In this document: one piece after another, positions 9,820-22,260 of the stretch
How positions within the stretch are numbered: position 1 is the first letter of the stretch
Layout of the letters: each line of letters opens with the position of its first letter
NCBI GenBank assembly: GCA_965228735.1
Contig: OZ245838.1
Coordinates: forward strand, 1,403,011 to 1,467,010
Direction: 5' to 3'
Length of the DNA: 64,000 nt
DNA from: Planctomycetota bacterium
Lineage (GTDB): Bacteria; Planctomycetota; UBA1135; UBA2386
Program-made: the position numbers and the translations under genes
The notes under the pieces: generated by a model
Told to the model about the DNA's origin: nothing
Database searches by the model: none
Seen by the model: the letters and a program-made list of their open reading frames with translations, nothing else

Positions 9820-11778
9820 TCAGTCCTTCCCCGCTTCGGCGGACAGGTGATTCTCAGTGTAGTCGGCGACGAGCTTGGCGAGCTCCGGCTGCCCGGCCTT
9901 CGTGAACGCGTTGGCCAACGCCTGCAGTCGTTCCAGTTCGGCCCCCTGCTGCTCGGCATCGAGCGCAGCGAGCCGCGCGTTGGCCTTGTCGCGCAGTTCG
10001 GCGGCGACCGGCCGCGCCTGCATCGGCGCTTCGCCGTAGAGCTCGTGCAGCCGCTCAACGCCGGCCCGAACGCGCGCGAATCCGCCGCGCGTGTCGAAGA
10101 ACTCGGCTTCGTTGAGGTCGCGCTGCAGCGCGGCGACCCGATCGTCGAGCCCCGCGAGGATCTCGCCGCGCAACGTCGACGCCTCGCGCAGGACCTCGCT
10201 GCTGTGGGGTGCCTCCTGCTGCAGTTGATCGAGCAATGCCAGCGCCGCGGCCGGATCGTTCGCGTCGCGCCTGGCGCTCGCCTGCCGGAACAGCTCGCCG
10301 CCCTGTTGCTTCTGCGCGCGGAAGCCGACGACGAAGTCGACCTCGGTGGCCGCGACGTCGACCCGGTACAGGCCACCGCCGAGCTGACGCGTGACGGCGC
10401 AGGGCGCCGCCGTGCGCAACAGCACGCGCGTCCTCTTACCGCCGACGAGCAGCTCCACGAGCTGATCGTTGCCGGCCGCGGCCACGGAAGCGAACGGCCC
10501 GCCGCTCGCCCTGCGCGCGAGCACCTGACCAGCAGCGTCGGCCGGAAAGACGAACCGCATGCCGGTGACGTCGCCGCCGCTCACGGCCAATGCGATGTGG
10601 CGCTCCTCGGCCGTTGCCGTGAGGCTCGCGCCCAGATCGGACAACACGCAGAGATCGGCCGCGTGCAGCTGCCGGAACGCCGCGGGCACGGCACTCGGCG
10701 CCAAGCCGGCGAGCGTGACCTCCGCCGACTGCACGAACAGCGCGCAGCCGGTGCCCGTCGCGGTCTGACCGCCTTCTTCGATCGTGATCTGCGTCGGTTC
10801 CGCAGCCCCCGCCTCGGTCACCGCGACGTCGTCGACGTAGGCCACCGAGTCGCCGTCGGGCAGCAGCGCGACGACTTCGAGCGTGAGCTGATCGCAGCCC
10901 GGCGGCACCGCGAGCTGCACCTCGACGCGCTCCCAGCCGGCGTGCGCCGCGATCGCGCTGCCGCTGCGAAAGCGCAGCAGGCCGGTCTCGTCGCGGCTCT
11001 GCGAGAACACCGCGCGGACCCCGGCGAGCGCCTTCCCCTCGGTCCGCAGGTGGGCCGCGATCGTGAGGCTGCGACCCGACAACACGGCGACCGGCTCGGT
11101 CGGCGACGCGATCGCGTAGTCGGTGTCGTTGCCTTCGACGCGCAGTGCCTCGAGCGCGCCCTTGCCGCTGTTGCTGAGCCCGCTCGCCTGGAACGCGAGG
11201 CCGTGCGCCCCGAGGTTCCAACCGTCGGGCGCTTCGCAGTTGCCGACGTCGCCGGGGAGCTTGTTGCCGCTGACGACGAGCGCCGCCTTCTGCTCGGCCG
11301 CGGGCACCCCGGGCGTCGCCGCGTTCTGCTGCTGGCTGTCCCACCAGAAGTAGCCGCCGACCCCACCCGCGACGAGCACGAGCAGCGCGATGAGCGCGAC
11401 CGGACTGCCGCGCTTCTGCAATCGACCGGCGTCGAGCCGATGCATCGACAGCTCTTCGCTGTCGGAGCTGCCGGCGGCGGGTTCGGAATCGTCGCCGAAG
11501 CGAACGCGCAGGCGCCCGATCGTGACGACGTCGCCGACGCTCAGAACGATCTCGGTGACGCGCTTGCCGTCGAGGAACGTGCCGTTCGTCGAACCGAGAT
11601 CGCGCAGCACGTGCCGATCGCCTTCCATGACGATCTCGGCGTGCACGCCCGAGGTCTTCTCGTCCGCGAGAACGAGATCGTTCGCGGGCTTTCGACCGAT
11701 ACGCAACGCCCCGTCGGGAACGGGTAGAACCTCGCCAGCGCGATCCCCATCGAGGATCTCGAGGACGTATTTGACCAT
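9820..11778 (-). CDS. FHA-domain membrane protein with extracytoplasmic carbohydrate-binding-like and helical domains (652 aa)
   Basis: FHA motifs IGRKPANDLVL, SGVHAEI, LRDLGSTNGTFLDG; TM helix ALIALLVLVAGGVGGYFWW. Start re-assigned to ATG 11778 (MVKYVLEIL). Confidence 0.85.
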   Translation of the reverse strand: MVKYVLEILDGDRAGEVLPVPDGALRIGRKPANDLVLADEKTSGVHAEIVMEGDRHVLRDLGSTNGTFLDGKRVTEIVLSVGDVVTIGRLRVRFGDDSEPAAGSSDSEELSMHRLDAGRLQKRGSPVALIALLVLVAGGVGGYFWWDSQQQNAATPGVPAAEQKAALVVSGNKLPGDVGNCEAPDGWNLGAHGLAFQASGLSNSGKGALEALRVEGNDTDYAIASPTEPVAVLSGRSLTIAAHLRTEGKALAGVRAVFSQSRDETGLLRFRSGSAIAAHAGWERVEVQLAVPPGCDQLTLEVVALLPDGDSVAYVDDVAVTEAGAAEPTQITIEEGGQTATGTGCALFVQSAEVTLAGLAPSAVPAAFRQLHAADLCVLSDLGASLTATAEERHIALAVSGGDVTGMRFVFPADAAGQVLARRASGGPFASVAAAGNDQLVELLVGGKRTRVLLRTAAPCAVTRQLGGGLYRVDVAATEVDFVVGFRAQKQQGGELFRQASARRDANDPAAALALLDQLQQEAPHSSEVLREASTLRGEILAGLDDRVAALQRDLNEAEFFDTRGGFARVRAGVERLHELYGEAPMQARPVAAELRDKANARLAALDAEQQGAELERLQALANAFTKAGQPELAKLVADYTENHLSAEAGKD

Positions 11779-12055
11779 ACGAATTAGAGGGGTCACGTCC
11801 GAGGGCCACGACAAGGCCGTGGCCTGCGAACGCCGGGATAGATGCCGGAGAGAGGGTCCGGTGGGGACCGGACGGGAGAACTTGGGGGCCAGACGCTTCC
11901 AGGAGCCGGACGCGCCCGCAACCGGCCGAGGGGCGGCGGCTGAGTGCGGACCCGCACAGGGTAACCGGAACCACCGTACCCGCAAGTGGACGGATGCCCG
12001 AGGACCGGAAAAGACGGCGGGTTCGGGCGGCCCAGCGCTACAACCGGCCGACGGT

Positions 12056-12823
12056 ATGGCGCAGCGCTACTTCGTGGACGAGCTCCCCGAGCCCGGCTCC
12101 TTCGAGCTCACGGGCGACCTCGCGCACCATCTCCGCACCGTCCTGCGCAGCAAACCCGGCCAGGAGATCCGGCTCGCCGACGGCCGCGGTGGCACGGCCC
12201 GCGCCGGCATCGTCGCCGTGGATCGGCGCGCCGTGACGCTGCAGGTCGCCCCGAGCGAGCGGCAGCCCGCGCCCGCCCGGCGGCTGCACCTCGCGGTCTC
12301 GCCACCACGCAAGACCCGCGCCGACTGGCTGTTCGAGCACGGCACCGAGGTCGGCGTCAGCGTGTTCTGGCCGATCTGGACCCGCCGCACGCGGCCGCAG
12401 GGCGAGAAGCCCGACCGCTGGGAACGACTCGTCCGGGCCGCCGCGGGCCAGTGTAACCGCGCCTGGCTGCCCGTCGTGCAGCCGGTCAGCGAGCTCGAAG
12501 ACTTCCTGGCGCGCCGGGACCTGCCGGAGCAGCGTTACATCGCCGACCGCGACGGTGAGCTGCCGCCCGCGGTCGCGCCCGTTCTCACGGGCAGCGGGCC
12601 AGCTACGAGCAAGCCGCGCGACCGGGGCGACGTGCTCCTGCTCGTCGGGCCCGAGGGCGGCTTCGCGGCCGAGGAACGCGAGACCGCGCTCGCCGCGGGG
12701 TTCACGCCGCTGCGCCTCGGCAATCACGTACTGCGAACCGAAACCGCAGCACTCGTCGGCGCGGCGCTGCTGGGACTCGATCTCGACCGCCACACCGGCG
12801 CCGGCGCGCCGGACGATTCCTGA
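12056..12823 (+). CDS. rsmE: 16S rRNA (uracil1498-N3)-methyltransferase
   Basis: HHLRTVLR, ATEVGV-like segment, AAAGQCNR, LLVGPEGGF, LGNHVLRTETAA motifs; start at ATG 12056. Confidence 0.93.
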   Translation: MAQRYFVDELPEPGSFELTGDLAHHLRTVLRSKPGQEIRLADGRGGTARAGIVAVDRRAVTLQVAPSERQPAPARRLHLAVSPPRKTRADWLFEHGTEVGVSVFWPIWTRRTRPQGEKPDRWERLVRAAAGQCNRAWLPVVQPVSELEDFLARRDLPEQRYIADRDGELPPAVAPVLTGSGPATSKPRDRGDVLLLVGPEGGFAAEERETALAAGFTPLRLGNHVLRTETAALVGAALLGLDLDRHTGAGAPDDS

Positions 12824-13058
12824 GGGCCGCGCGTTTCGCCAGCCGCCGCCTGGGCCAGACAGCGAACTCCAACGCATTCGCTGATAGGCTATCCGGCGGG
12901 AGTCCGCGTCGCGCGCAGGCTCCCACATTCGACCCAGCGGCCCGGATGGGCCGGTCGCACCGTCGGCAAACGGCTACGCCGGGCGCCGCCCGCGAACCGA
13001 TACGACGGATTCGGAACCTGCGACCGCGCCCCCGCGTCCAATCGGGCGTTCGCCAGCC

Positions 13059-14429
13059 ATGCATCTGCAACCTGCCCTCGATTCCCCCGCCCTTCGTCCC
13101 GCCACGGGGCGCGTGGCCCTGACCGCGACCCTGCTCGCGACCGCCGCCGGCTTCGCGATCCCGGGCACCGGCCTGGCGCGCGCCCAGGCGCAGCCGTTCG
13201 ATCGCGCGATCGTCGTATCCCAGCCCAACGTGGCCGGGTCGACCGTGGTCTGGGAGGTCGACCTGCAGACCGGCGCGTTCACCGCGCTGCCGCCGTTCTC
13301 GACGGACGCGTTCTCGCCGCTCGCCGTGGTCGCCGACCCGGTCGACAAGAGCCTGATCGTCGCGTTGGATCGCGGCACGCAGAGTCAGATCATGCGGCGC
13401 CGCTACGGGGCCAACCCGACGGAGGCGCTGCTCGCGACCGTGCCCGGTCGCGTCGAAGACCTGCTCATCGACCGGTTCGGCGACGTCACGCTCGTCATCG
13501 GCGGCAGCGCGGGCGGCGTCTTCCGGCTCGACCGACTCACGGGCGCGCTCGCGACCGTGCGCAGCATGCCGTTCGCGACCGCTGCCGCGACGCTGCAGGA
13601 CCTCGCGTGGTACGCGGTGATCGGCACTTCTGGCGCGGCCAACCCACCGCGGGATCCGCAGCTCGGCAACCTCGACCTCGGGGACGGCGCGTGGCTGCAG
13701 GGCCCGACGACGCTCACGGGCTTCACGCCGCGCGGCATCGTCGGCATGGTCGACATGCCGACCGCGGTGCCGCGCCAGATCCTCGCGCACGAGACCGGCG
13801 ACATGTCGATCTACTCGTGGGGCACGGCGAGCAACCCGCTGCTCGCGACGGTCACGCCGACGCTGCCGCCCGGCGGCATCGCGGCGATGAAGGCGCACGG
13901 CGGCCCCGCGTTCGTGCTCGGCGGCGCGGTCAACCCCAACCTCTACACGTTCGATCCGACGACGGCGATCGGCGGCGGCGTCGCGCTGACGATGGTCGCC
14001 GGGCCGCTGCCCGCGATCCCGGTCGACTTCACGATCATGCCGCTCGCTGCGGCCAGCCTCGTCACGTTCGGGCGCCCGTGCGGCGGCGCGGCCGAGCTGC
14101 GGATCGGGCAGACACCGAACGGTCCGCCCCAGCTCGGCAACGCGACGTTCGGCGTCGCCCTGCGGCAGGCGGAGCCGAACGGGTTGGCCTGGCTCGCGCT
14201 CGGCTTCGGCGAGACGACGTTCCCGTTCCCGAACGGTTGCGAGCTGCGCGTCACGCTCGACGCGGTCGTCGCGGCGCAGACGGACAGCACGGGCGACGCG
14301 AGCGCCACGATCCCGATCCCCAACCTCGCGAGCCTGCTCGGCGTGCGGTTCTTCGGCGAATGGCTGCAGCCGGACAACCTCCTGCCGTTCATGACGAGCG
14401 ACCTCGCGCGGATCGAGATCGGTCTCTGA
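13059..14429 (+). CDS. Secreted hypothetical protein: signal peptide, beta-propeller-like repeats, conserved two-Cys C-terminal domain
   Basis: Signal peptide ending ARAQA; beta-rich repeats; the C-terminal ~120 aa align by eye with the C-termini of 37034-39364 and 39679-41802. Confidence 0.7.
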   Translation: MHLQPALDSPALRPATGRVALTATLLATAAGFAIPGTGLARAQAQPFDRAIVVSQPNVAGSTVVWEVDLQTGAFTALPPFSTDAFSPLAVVADPVDKSLIVALDRGTQSQIMRRRYGANPTEALLATVPGRVEDLLIDRFGDVTLVIGGSAGGVFRLDRLTGALATVRSMPFATAAATLQDLAWYAVIGTSGAANPPRDPQLGNLDLGDGAWLQGPTTLTGFTPRGIVGMVDMPTAVPRQILAHETGDMSIYSWGTASNPLLATVTPTLPPGGIAAMKAHGGPAFVLGGAVNPNLYTFDPTTAIGGGVALTMVAGPLPAIPVDFTIMPLAAASLVTFGRPCGGAAELRIGQTPNGPPQLGNATFGVALRQAEPNGLAWLALGFGETTFPFPNGCELRVTLDAVVAAQTDSTGDASATIPIPNLASLLGVRFFGEWLQPDNLLPFMTSDLARIEIGL

Positions 14430-14453
14430 TCGCGTCGCACGGTGCGCGACGCG

Positions 14454-16466
14454 CTACTCGGGCAGCACCTGCCCGACCGCCGCGACGAAGTGCGGCACCG
14501 GGTCGACGAGATCGATGTCGATGCGATCGAACGTGACCGCGCGTTCGAGGTCGACGACGTGCGGCACGAGCCCGAGCAGCTGCGACACGGCGAGCAGATC
14601 GACCGCGACGTCGGCCGCGGGCGCCGCGTCCCCGGCGGAGCAGCGGATGCGATACCGGAAGCCCCCGGCGAGCTGCATCGCGATGCGACTCGCGGTCACC
14701 GCGGTGGCGAACGTCACGCGCAGGCCGCCGCGCTGCACGACGCGCACACGGTCGTCGTCGAACCACAGCGCGCCGACGCCGGGCAAGGTCGACGGTCGCA
14801 CCGACGCGACGGCGCTGCCGGCGACCTCCCGCCGTGCCGGGGTCAGGTACGGGCCTGCGGCGTAGCTCTCGAGTTCGGCATCGAACGCACCCGACCACAG
14901 CTGCCACAGCGCGGACCACCGCTCACCGGCGAACAACTCCCCCGCCGTCGCCTGGCGCAACGCGTCGTAGTAGCGGCGCAGTCCCGGATCGACGATGCGG
15001 TTGTCGCCGAACGCGATCGACTCGAGATAGCCGGCCGGGATCTCGCGCGGGATGTGGCCGACGCGCCACTCCGCGGTCGGGCTCGCGGGCAGGCGCGCGA
15101 GCAGCGCATCGCAGAGCAGCGGATCGAAGAAGCGCATCAGCGTCCCGCCTTCGAACGCGTAGATGCCGGCCTTGCCGGCCGAGGCGACGAGCGGGCGGGT
15201 CCGGCCGAGCTGCTGCAGCGACGCGGTCGCGCCGCCCGGCACCGGAATGTCTCGGGTCGGGGCGAACAACCCGACCTCGCGCACGTAGGCGCTGCGTTCG
15301 TCGAGGATGCCGCGGTGATGCCAGACCGGTTCGGTCTCGGACGCGGGCGCCACGAGCCACTTCGGAACGCCGCCGATGAAGCCGAGCGCGGCCGCCAGGA
15401 TCATCGCGAGCGCCGCGAGCCAGCGTCGGGACGGCACTGCGAACATGGGGGTCAGCAGCGCGAGCGCGACGAAGAACGGCGGCGAGAAGAACCGTCCCGC
15501 CATGAAATCGCCGCCGACCTTGACGATGTAGGCAACGTAGGCGAGCACGCCGACAGCGAGCCACCGGCTGCCCGCGCGCGGGTGCAAGAACGCGCTGACC
15601 ACACCCGCGCCGATCACGAGCAGCGTGAGCGGATCGTAGAGCACCATGAACACGACGTGGTGCAGGCCCTGCTCCAACATCGTGAGCGCCGGCAATCCGT
15701 GACTCAGCTTGGCATACGCCGTGATCGGCAGCGGCGTGCCGTAGTAGACCGTCGCGAACAGCAGCCACAGCCACAGCGGCAGGAGGCCGAGCAGGCACGC
15801 GATGCTCCACCGGGCGACGCCGGCCGCCCGCAGCGTCGACAGCAGCACCGGTCCGGCGAGCACGACGAGGTCGAGGCGCGTGGTCGCGAGCAGACCGACG
15901 AGCACCGCGAGGCGGCGCGTCTTCCGAACGGCGGCGGCGGCGCGAGCGTCACCTGCAAGGGACAAATCGGCCGGCCGCGATTCGACCGCGAGAACGAGGA
16001 ACGCCAGCAGGGCGAACGTGAGCGGGTTCTCGAGTCCGGACACGGCGAACTCGGTGAACGCCCGCGACCAGAGCAACAGCCACATGACCACCGCCGCGGC
16101 GACCGCGCCGCCGCTCCGACCACCGGATCGGTCGCCGCACCGGCCGGCGCGGAGAGCGAGCAGCGCCACGGCCGTGATCGCGAGCAGGTACGACAGCGCG
16201 ATCGTGCCGAAGTAGCACTCCCCCGTGCACAGCCGCGCGCCCGTGAGCAGCAGCATCCACAGCGGGTGCGTGTAGCACTGCAGCCGTTCGCCGGCGTTCC
16301 ACACGGCACCGTGCCCGGTCGCGATGTTCTCGACGGTGCGCAGCGTGATGTAGGTGTCGTCCCCGACCCAGGCGAGGCGCAGCAGCACCGCGGCGAGCAC
16401 GACGCCGATCAGCAACGCTGCGATGATCCAGGCCACGCGGGCTTGCGGCGACGAGAACGACGACAT
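14454..16466 (-). CDS. GT-C fold polytopic membrane glycosyltransferase (arabinofuranosyltransferase AftB-like)
   Basis: GDDTYITLRTVENIATGHGAVWNAGERLQCYTHPLW first-loop motif with DD, SGLENPL, GGDFMAGRFF, many TM helices; start ATG 16466. Confidence 0.65.
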   Translation of the reverse strand: MSSFSSPQARVAWIIAALLIGVVLAAVLLRLAWVGDDTYITLRTVENIATGHGAVWNAGERLQCYTHPLWMLLLTGARLCTGECYFGTIALSYLLAITAVALLALRAGRCGDRSGGRSGGAVAAAVVMWLLLWSRAFTEFAVSGLENPLTFALLAFLVLAVESRPADLSLAGDARAAAAVRKTRRLAVLVGLLATTRLDLVVLAGPVLLSTLRAAGVARWSIACLLGLLPLWLWLLFATVYYGTPLPITAYAKLSHGLPALTMLEQGLHHVVFMVLYDPLTLLVIGAGVVSAFLHPRAGSRWLAVGVLAYVAYIVKVGGDFMAGRFFSPPFFVALALLTPMFAVPSRRWLAALAMILAAALGFIGGVPKWLVAPASETEPVWHHRGILDERSAYVREVGLFAPTRDIPVPGGATASLQQLGRTRPLVASAGKAGIYAFEGGTLMRFFDPLLCDALLARLPASPTAEWRVGHIPREIPAGYLESIAFGDNRIVDPGLRRYYDALRQATAGELFAGERWSALWQLWSGAFDAELESYAAGPYLTPARREVAGSAVASVRPSTLPGVGALWFDDDRVRVVQRGGLRVTFATAVTASRIAMQLAGGFRYRIRCSAGDAAPAADVAVDLLAVSQLLGLVPHVVDLERAVTFDRIDIDLVDPVPHFVAAVGQVLPE

Positions 16467-16588
16467 CGGCGTGCCGTGATACGGCCGTGCCCGGCGCCAG
16501 CCAAGCGGCGACTGCCACGCAGCCATCCGGAAACGGATGCGCGGGAATCCCTTGCACCCGACCCACGCGATCCGTTGAGTGCCCGGCG

Positions 16589-19870
<3,282 letters not shown>

Positions 19871-19873
19871 CGG

Positions 19874-21031
19874 ATGGCGCTGCCCGAGATCCGACTCAAG
19901 GTGAAGGCCACGGGGCGGCACCCGTGGTTCTACCGCAAGATGATCCAGAAGCCGTCGGCCCGGCTGCCGGCCGGCAGCCCCGTGCGCGTGCGCGATCGCG
20001 AGGGCCGGCTCGTCGGCAGCGGCTTCTACAACCCGCGCGCCGAGCTCGCGCTGCGCATGTTCAGCGACCGCGCCGTCGGCGCAGACGCCGTCGAGCAACA
20101 CTTCGTTCAGGCGCTGAAGAACGCCGTCGAGCTGCGCGAACGCGTGCTCGATCTGCCGAGCGTGACCGACGCGTATCGTCTCGTGCACGCCGAGGCCGAC
20201 GGCTTCCCCGGCGTCGTGATCGACAGGCTCGGCCAGGCGATCGTCGCGCAGGTCAGTTCGCTCGGCATGCTCGAGCGGCTCGAAGGCGCCGGCGAGTGGC
20301 TGCTGCGCCACTTCCAGGGCAGCCAGCTGCTGCTGTTGTTGGACAAGGACTGGTCGGTGCGCGAAGGGCTGCCCAAGGTGCCCCGGCCAGAGCCCGTGGC
20401 GACGACCGTGCAGGAGCACGGCATCACGTACGCGGTCACGGCCGGCACCGGGCACAAGACGGGGTTCTTCGCCGACCAGCGCGACAACCGCCAGCTCGTC
20501 CGGCAGCTCGCGCGCGGCAAGCGCGTGCTCGATCTGTGCTGCAACAGCGGCGGCTTCGCGCTCAACGCGGCCGCGGGCGGCGCCAAGCACGTGCTCGCGG
20601 CCGACCTCGACGAGGCCATGGTCGCGCAGACGGAACACAACGCGGGGCAGAACGACCTGCGCCTCGAGGTCGCGCACGCCGACGCGTTCGACCTGCTGCG
20701 CGACCTCGAACCGGCCCGGCACGACCTGATCGTGCTCGATCCGCCGAAGTGGGTCCGCGGCAAGGAAGAGCTCGAGGGCGGCCTGCGCCGCTACGCGGAC
20801 CTGAATCGACTCGGCCTCGAGAAGGTCGCGCCGGGCGGCCTCGTCTTGACGTGCTCCTGTTCGGGCGCCGTCCGCGAGGGCGACTTCCTGCGGATGCTCA
20901 CCGGCGCGGCCGCGCAGGCCCGGCGCGACGTGCGGGTGCTGCAGCTGCGCGGCGCCGGTGCCGATCACCCGGTCGCGCTCGAGTGCCCCGAGACGCGCTA
21001 CCTCAAGGTCGCGCTATTGCAGGTGCGTTGA
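19874..21031 (+). CDS. rlmI: RlmI-like class I SAM-dependent rRNA methyltransferase (PUA + MTase)
   Basis: GRHPWFY, EADGFPGVVID, GHKTGFFADQRDNR, VLDLCCNSGGF, IVLDPP, DHPV...ETRYLK. Confidence 0.85.
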   Translation: MALPEIRLKVKATGRHPWFYRKMIQKPSARLPAGSPVRVRDREGRLVGSGFYNPRAELALRMFSDRAVGADAVEQHFVQALKNAVELRERVLDLPSVTDAYRLVHAEADGFPGVVIDRLGQAIVAQVSSLGMLERLEGAGEWLLRHFQGSQLLLLLDKDWSVREGLPKVPRPEPVATTVQEHGITYAVTAGTGHKTGFFADQRDNRQLVRQLARGKRVLDLCCNSGGFALNAAAGGAKHVLAADLDEAMVAQTEHNAGQNDLRLEVAHADAFDLLRDLEPARHDLIVLDPPKWVRGKEELEGGLRRYADLNRLGLEKVAPGGLVLTCSCSGAVREGDFLRMLTGAAAQARRDVRVLQLRGAGADHPVALECPETRYLKVALLQVR

Positions 21032-21048
21032 CGCACTGACGCTCGGGC

Positions 21049-21642
21049 TCAGTCAGAACCATCCTCGCCCCACGCGCGCACGAGCTCTTCGGACTCGTTC
21101 TCGACGCCGAGCGCGTCGGCGATGCGGTTGATGTAGTTGAAGTAGCCGATCACCTGCGCCGCGTCGTGGATCGCCGGATCCGAGAACCCGGCCGCGCGCA
21201 GATCCGTGACCGCGCGTTCCGATCGCGCTGCGGGACTCGTCGTCATGTGCTCGGCGAACGCGCACAGCGCCCGGTCCTCCGCGCGAAGCGCCGCATGCCG
21301 CCAATCGCGCGCCACTGCCTCGATCAGGGCGTCCGCGGCGTCCGCCGCAGCGCCGTCGTCGACCTCGGCCCGGAGGTCGTGGGCATGGGCGCGCGTTCAA
21401 TAGACGCAGCCGTTGCGCCGGCTCGTGACGACGGCGAGAAGCTCGCGCTGCCAGCGCGACAGCTCGGACTCGCCGAACATCACGGCGCGATACATCGCCA
21501 TCGACGCCTTCAGCACCACCGGGTTCGGCGTCATGATCCGCACGATGTTCCAGACGCGACCGGCGCGCTTCCGCGCGAGTTCGAGCTCGCGCGCGGCCGC
21601 GCCGGTTGCCTCGGCGTCCTCGACCTGTCGAATGAACGGCAT
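21049..21642 (-). CDS. AhpD/CMD-like peroxidase with in-frame UGA at a CxxU motif: probable selenoprotein (197 aa, Sec82)
   Basis: Track ORFs 21397-21642 and 21049-21315 are in the same frame. Read-through gives ...VTSRRNGC-V-Y-[UGA]-TRAHAHDL..., the AhpD NxCxYCxxxH motif with UGA at the second Cys. The C-terminal half ends YFNYINRIADALGV, typical of the family. Confidence 0.82.
21360..21399 (-). promoter_or_regulatory. Putative bacterial SECIS hairpin directly 3' of the UGA
   Basis: On the minus strand, UGA (21397-21399) is followed by a 17-nt spacer, then CGACCTC-[CGGGCC]-GAGGTCG: a perfect 7-bp stem whose loop begins 24 nt after the UGA, with G at loop position 2. Confidence 0.65.
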
Positions 21643-21666
21643 GGTCGTCTACTGTACCGCCGCCCG

Positions 21667-22260
21667 ATGACCGCGTTCGACGACATGCTGCAGAAGTGCC
21701 TCGATCCGGTCCCCGCGTCGTGGCCGGTGAGCGAGCGGCGCAACGCCGCCGTGCTGTGCCCCATCGTCGACCGGAACGGCGTCGATCACGCGCTGTTCAC
21801 CGTGCGACCCGGCAACCTGCGACGGCACGCGGGCCAGATCGGCTTTCCGGGCGGCATGCAGGAGCTCGATGAGGCCCCGGCCACGACGGCACTGCGCGAG
21901 TGCCACGAGGAGATCGGCGTGCCAGCGGACGCGGTTCAGCTGCTCGGCGCGGTCGCGACGCGCGAGAGTTCGTCGCGCATCGACGTGCACTGCCTCGTGG
22001 GGCGGGTGGCGCCCGTCGAGCTCGTGCTCGCCGCGGACGAGGTCGAGCGCGTGATCTACGTGCCGATGCCCGAGTTGCTCGATCGCTCTCGCTGGGCCCA
22101 ACGGCCACCGCCGATCCGCGTGAAAGGAACGCAGCCGCCGACGAGCCCGCACTTCCGCTTCGGCGACGACCTGCTCTGGGGCCTGACGGGCCGCTTCGTG
22201 TTCGAGCTCGTGACCCGCGTCGACGGCCCGGATCACTCGAAGACCGGCAGCGCGCAGTAG
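21667..22260 (+). CDS. Nudix hydrolase, CoA pyrophosphatase subfamily
   Basis: AAVLCP, HAGQIGFPGG, TALRECHEEIG Nudix box, LWGLTG. Confidence 0.9.
   Translation: MTAFDDMLQKCLDPVPASWPVSERRNAAVLCPIVDRNGVDHALFTVRPGNLRRHAGQIGFPGGMQELDEAPATTALRECHEEIGVPADAVQLLGAVATRESSSRIDVHCLVGRVAPVELVLAADEVERVIYVPMPELLDRSRWAQRPPPIRVKGTQPPTSPHFRFGDDLLWGLTGRFVFELVTRVDGPDHSKTGSAQ

Noticed and set aside
7414-11727. 1437-aa plus-strand ORF, and similar long ORFs 4796-7570, 18095-20968, 23570-26782, 42202-45633, 46621-49038, 52647-56879, 56698-59493
   Set aside because: Each lies antisense to genes with clear family motifs; stop-codon scarcity in GC-rich DNA explains them. No recognisable domains.
12883-12893. Palindrome GATAG-G-CTATC upstream of the secreted protein gene
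   Set aside because: A single short occurrence with no second copy found; could be chance.
21397-21642. Two separate small genes, or a nonsense pseudogene, at the AhpD-like locus
   Set aside because: The UGA coincides exactly with the catalytic Cys position, the frame continues, and a SECIS-like hairpin follows. Sec read-through is more parsimonious, pending a check for sel genes.
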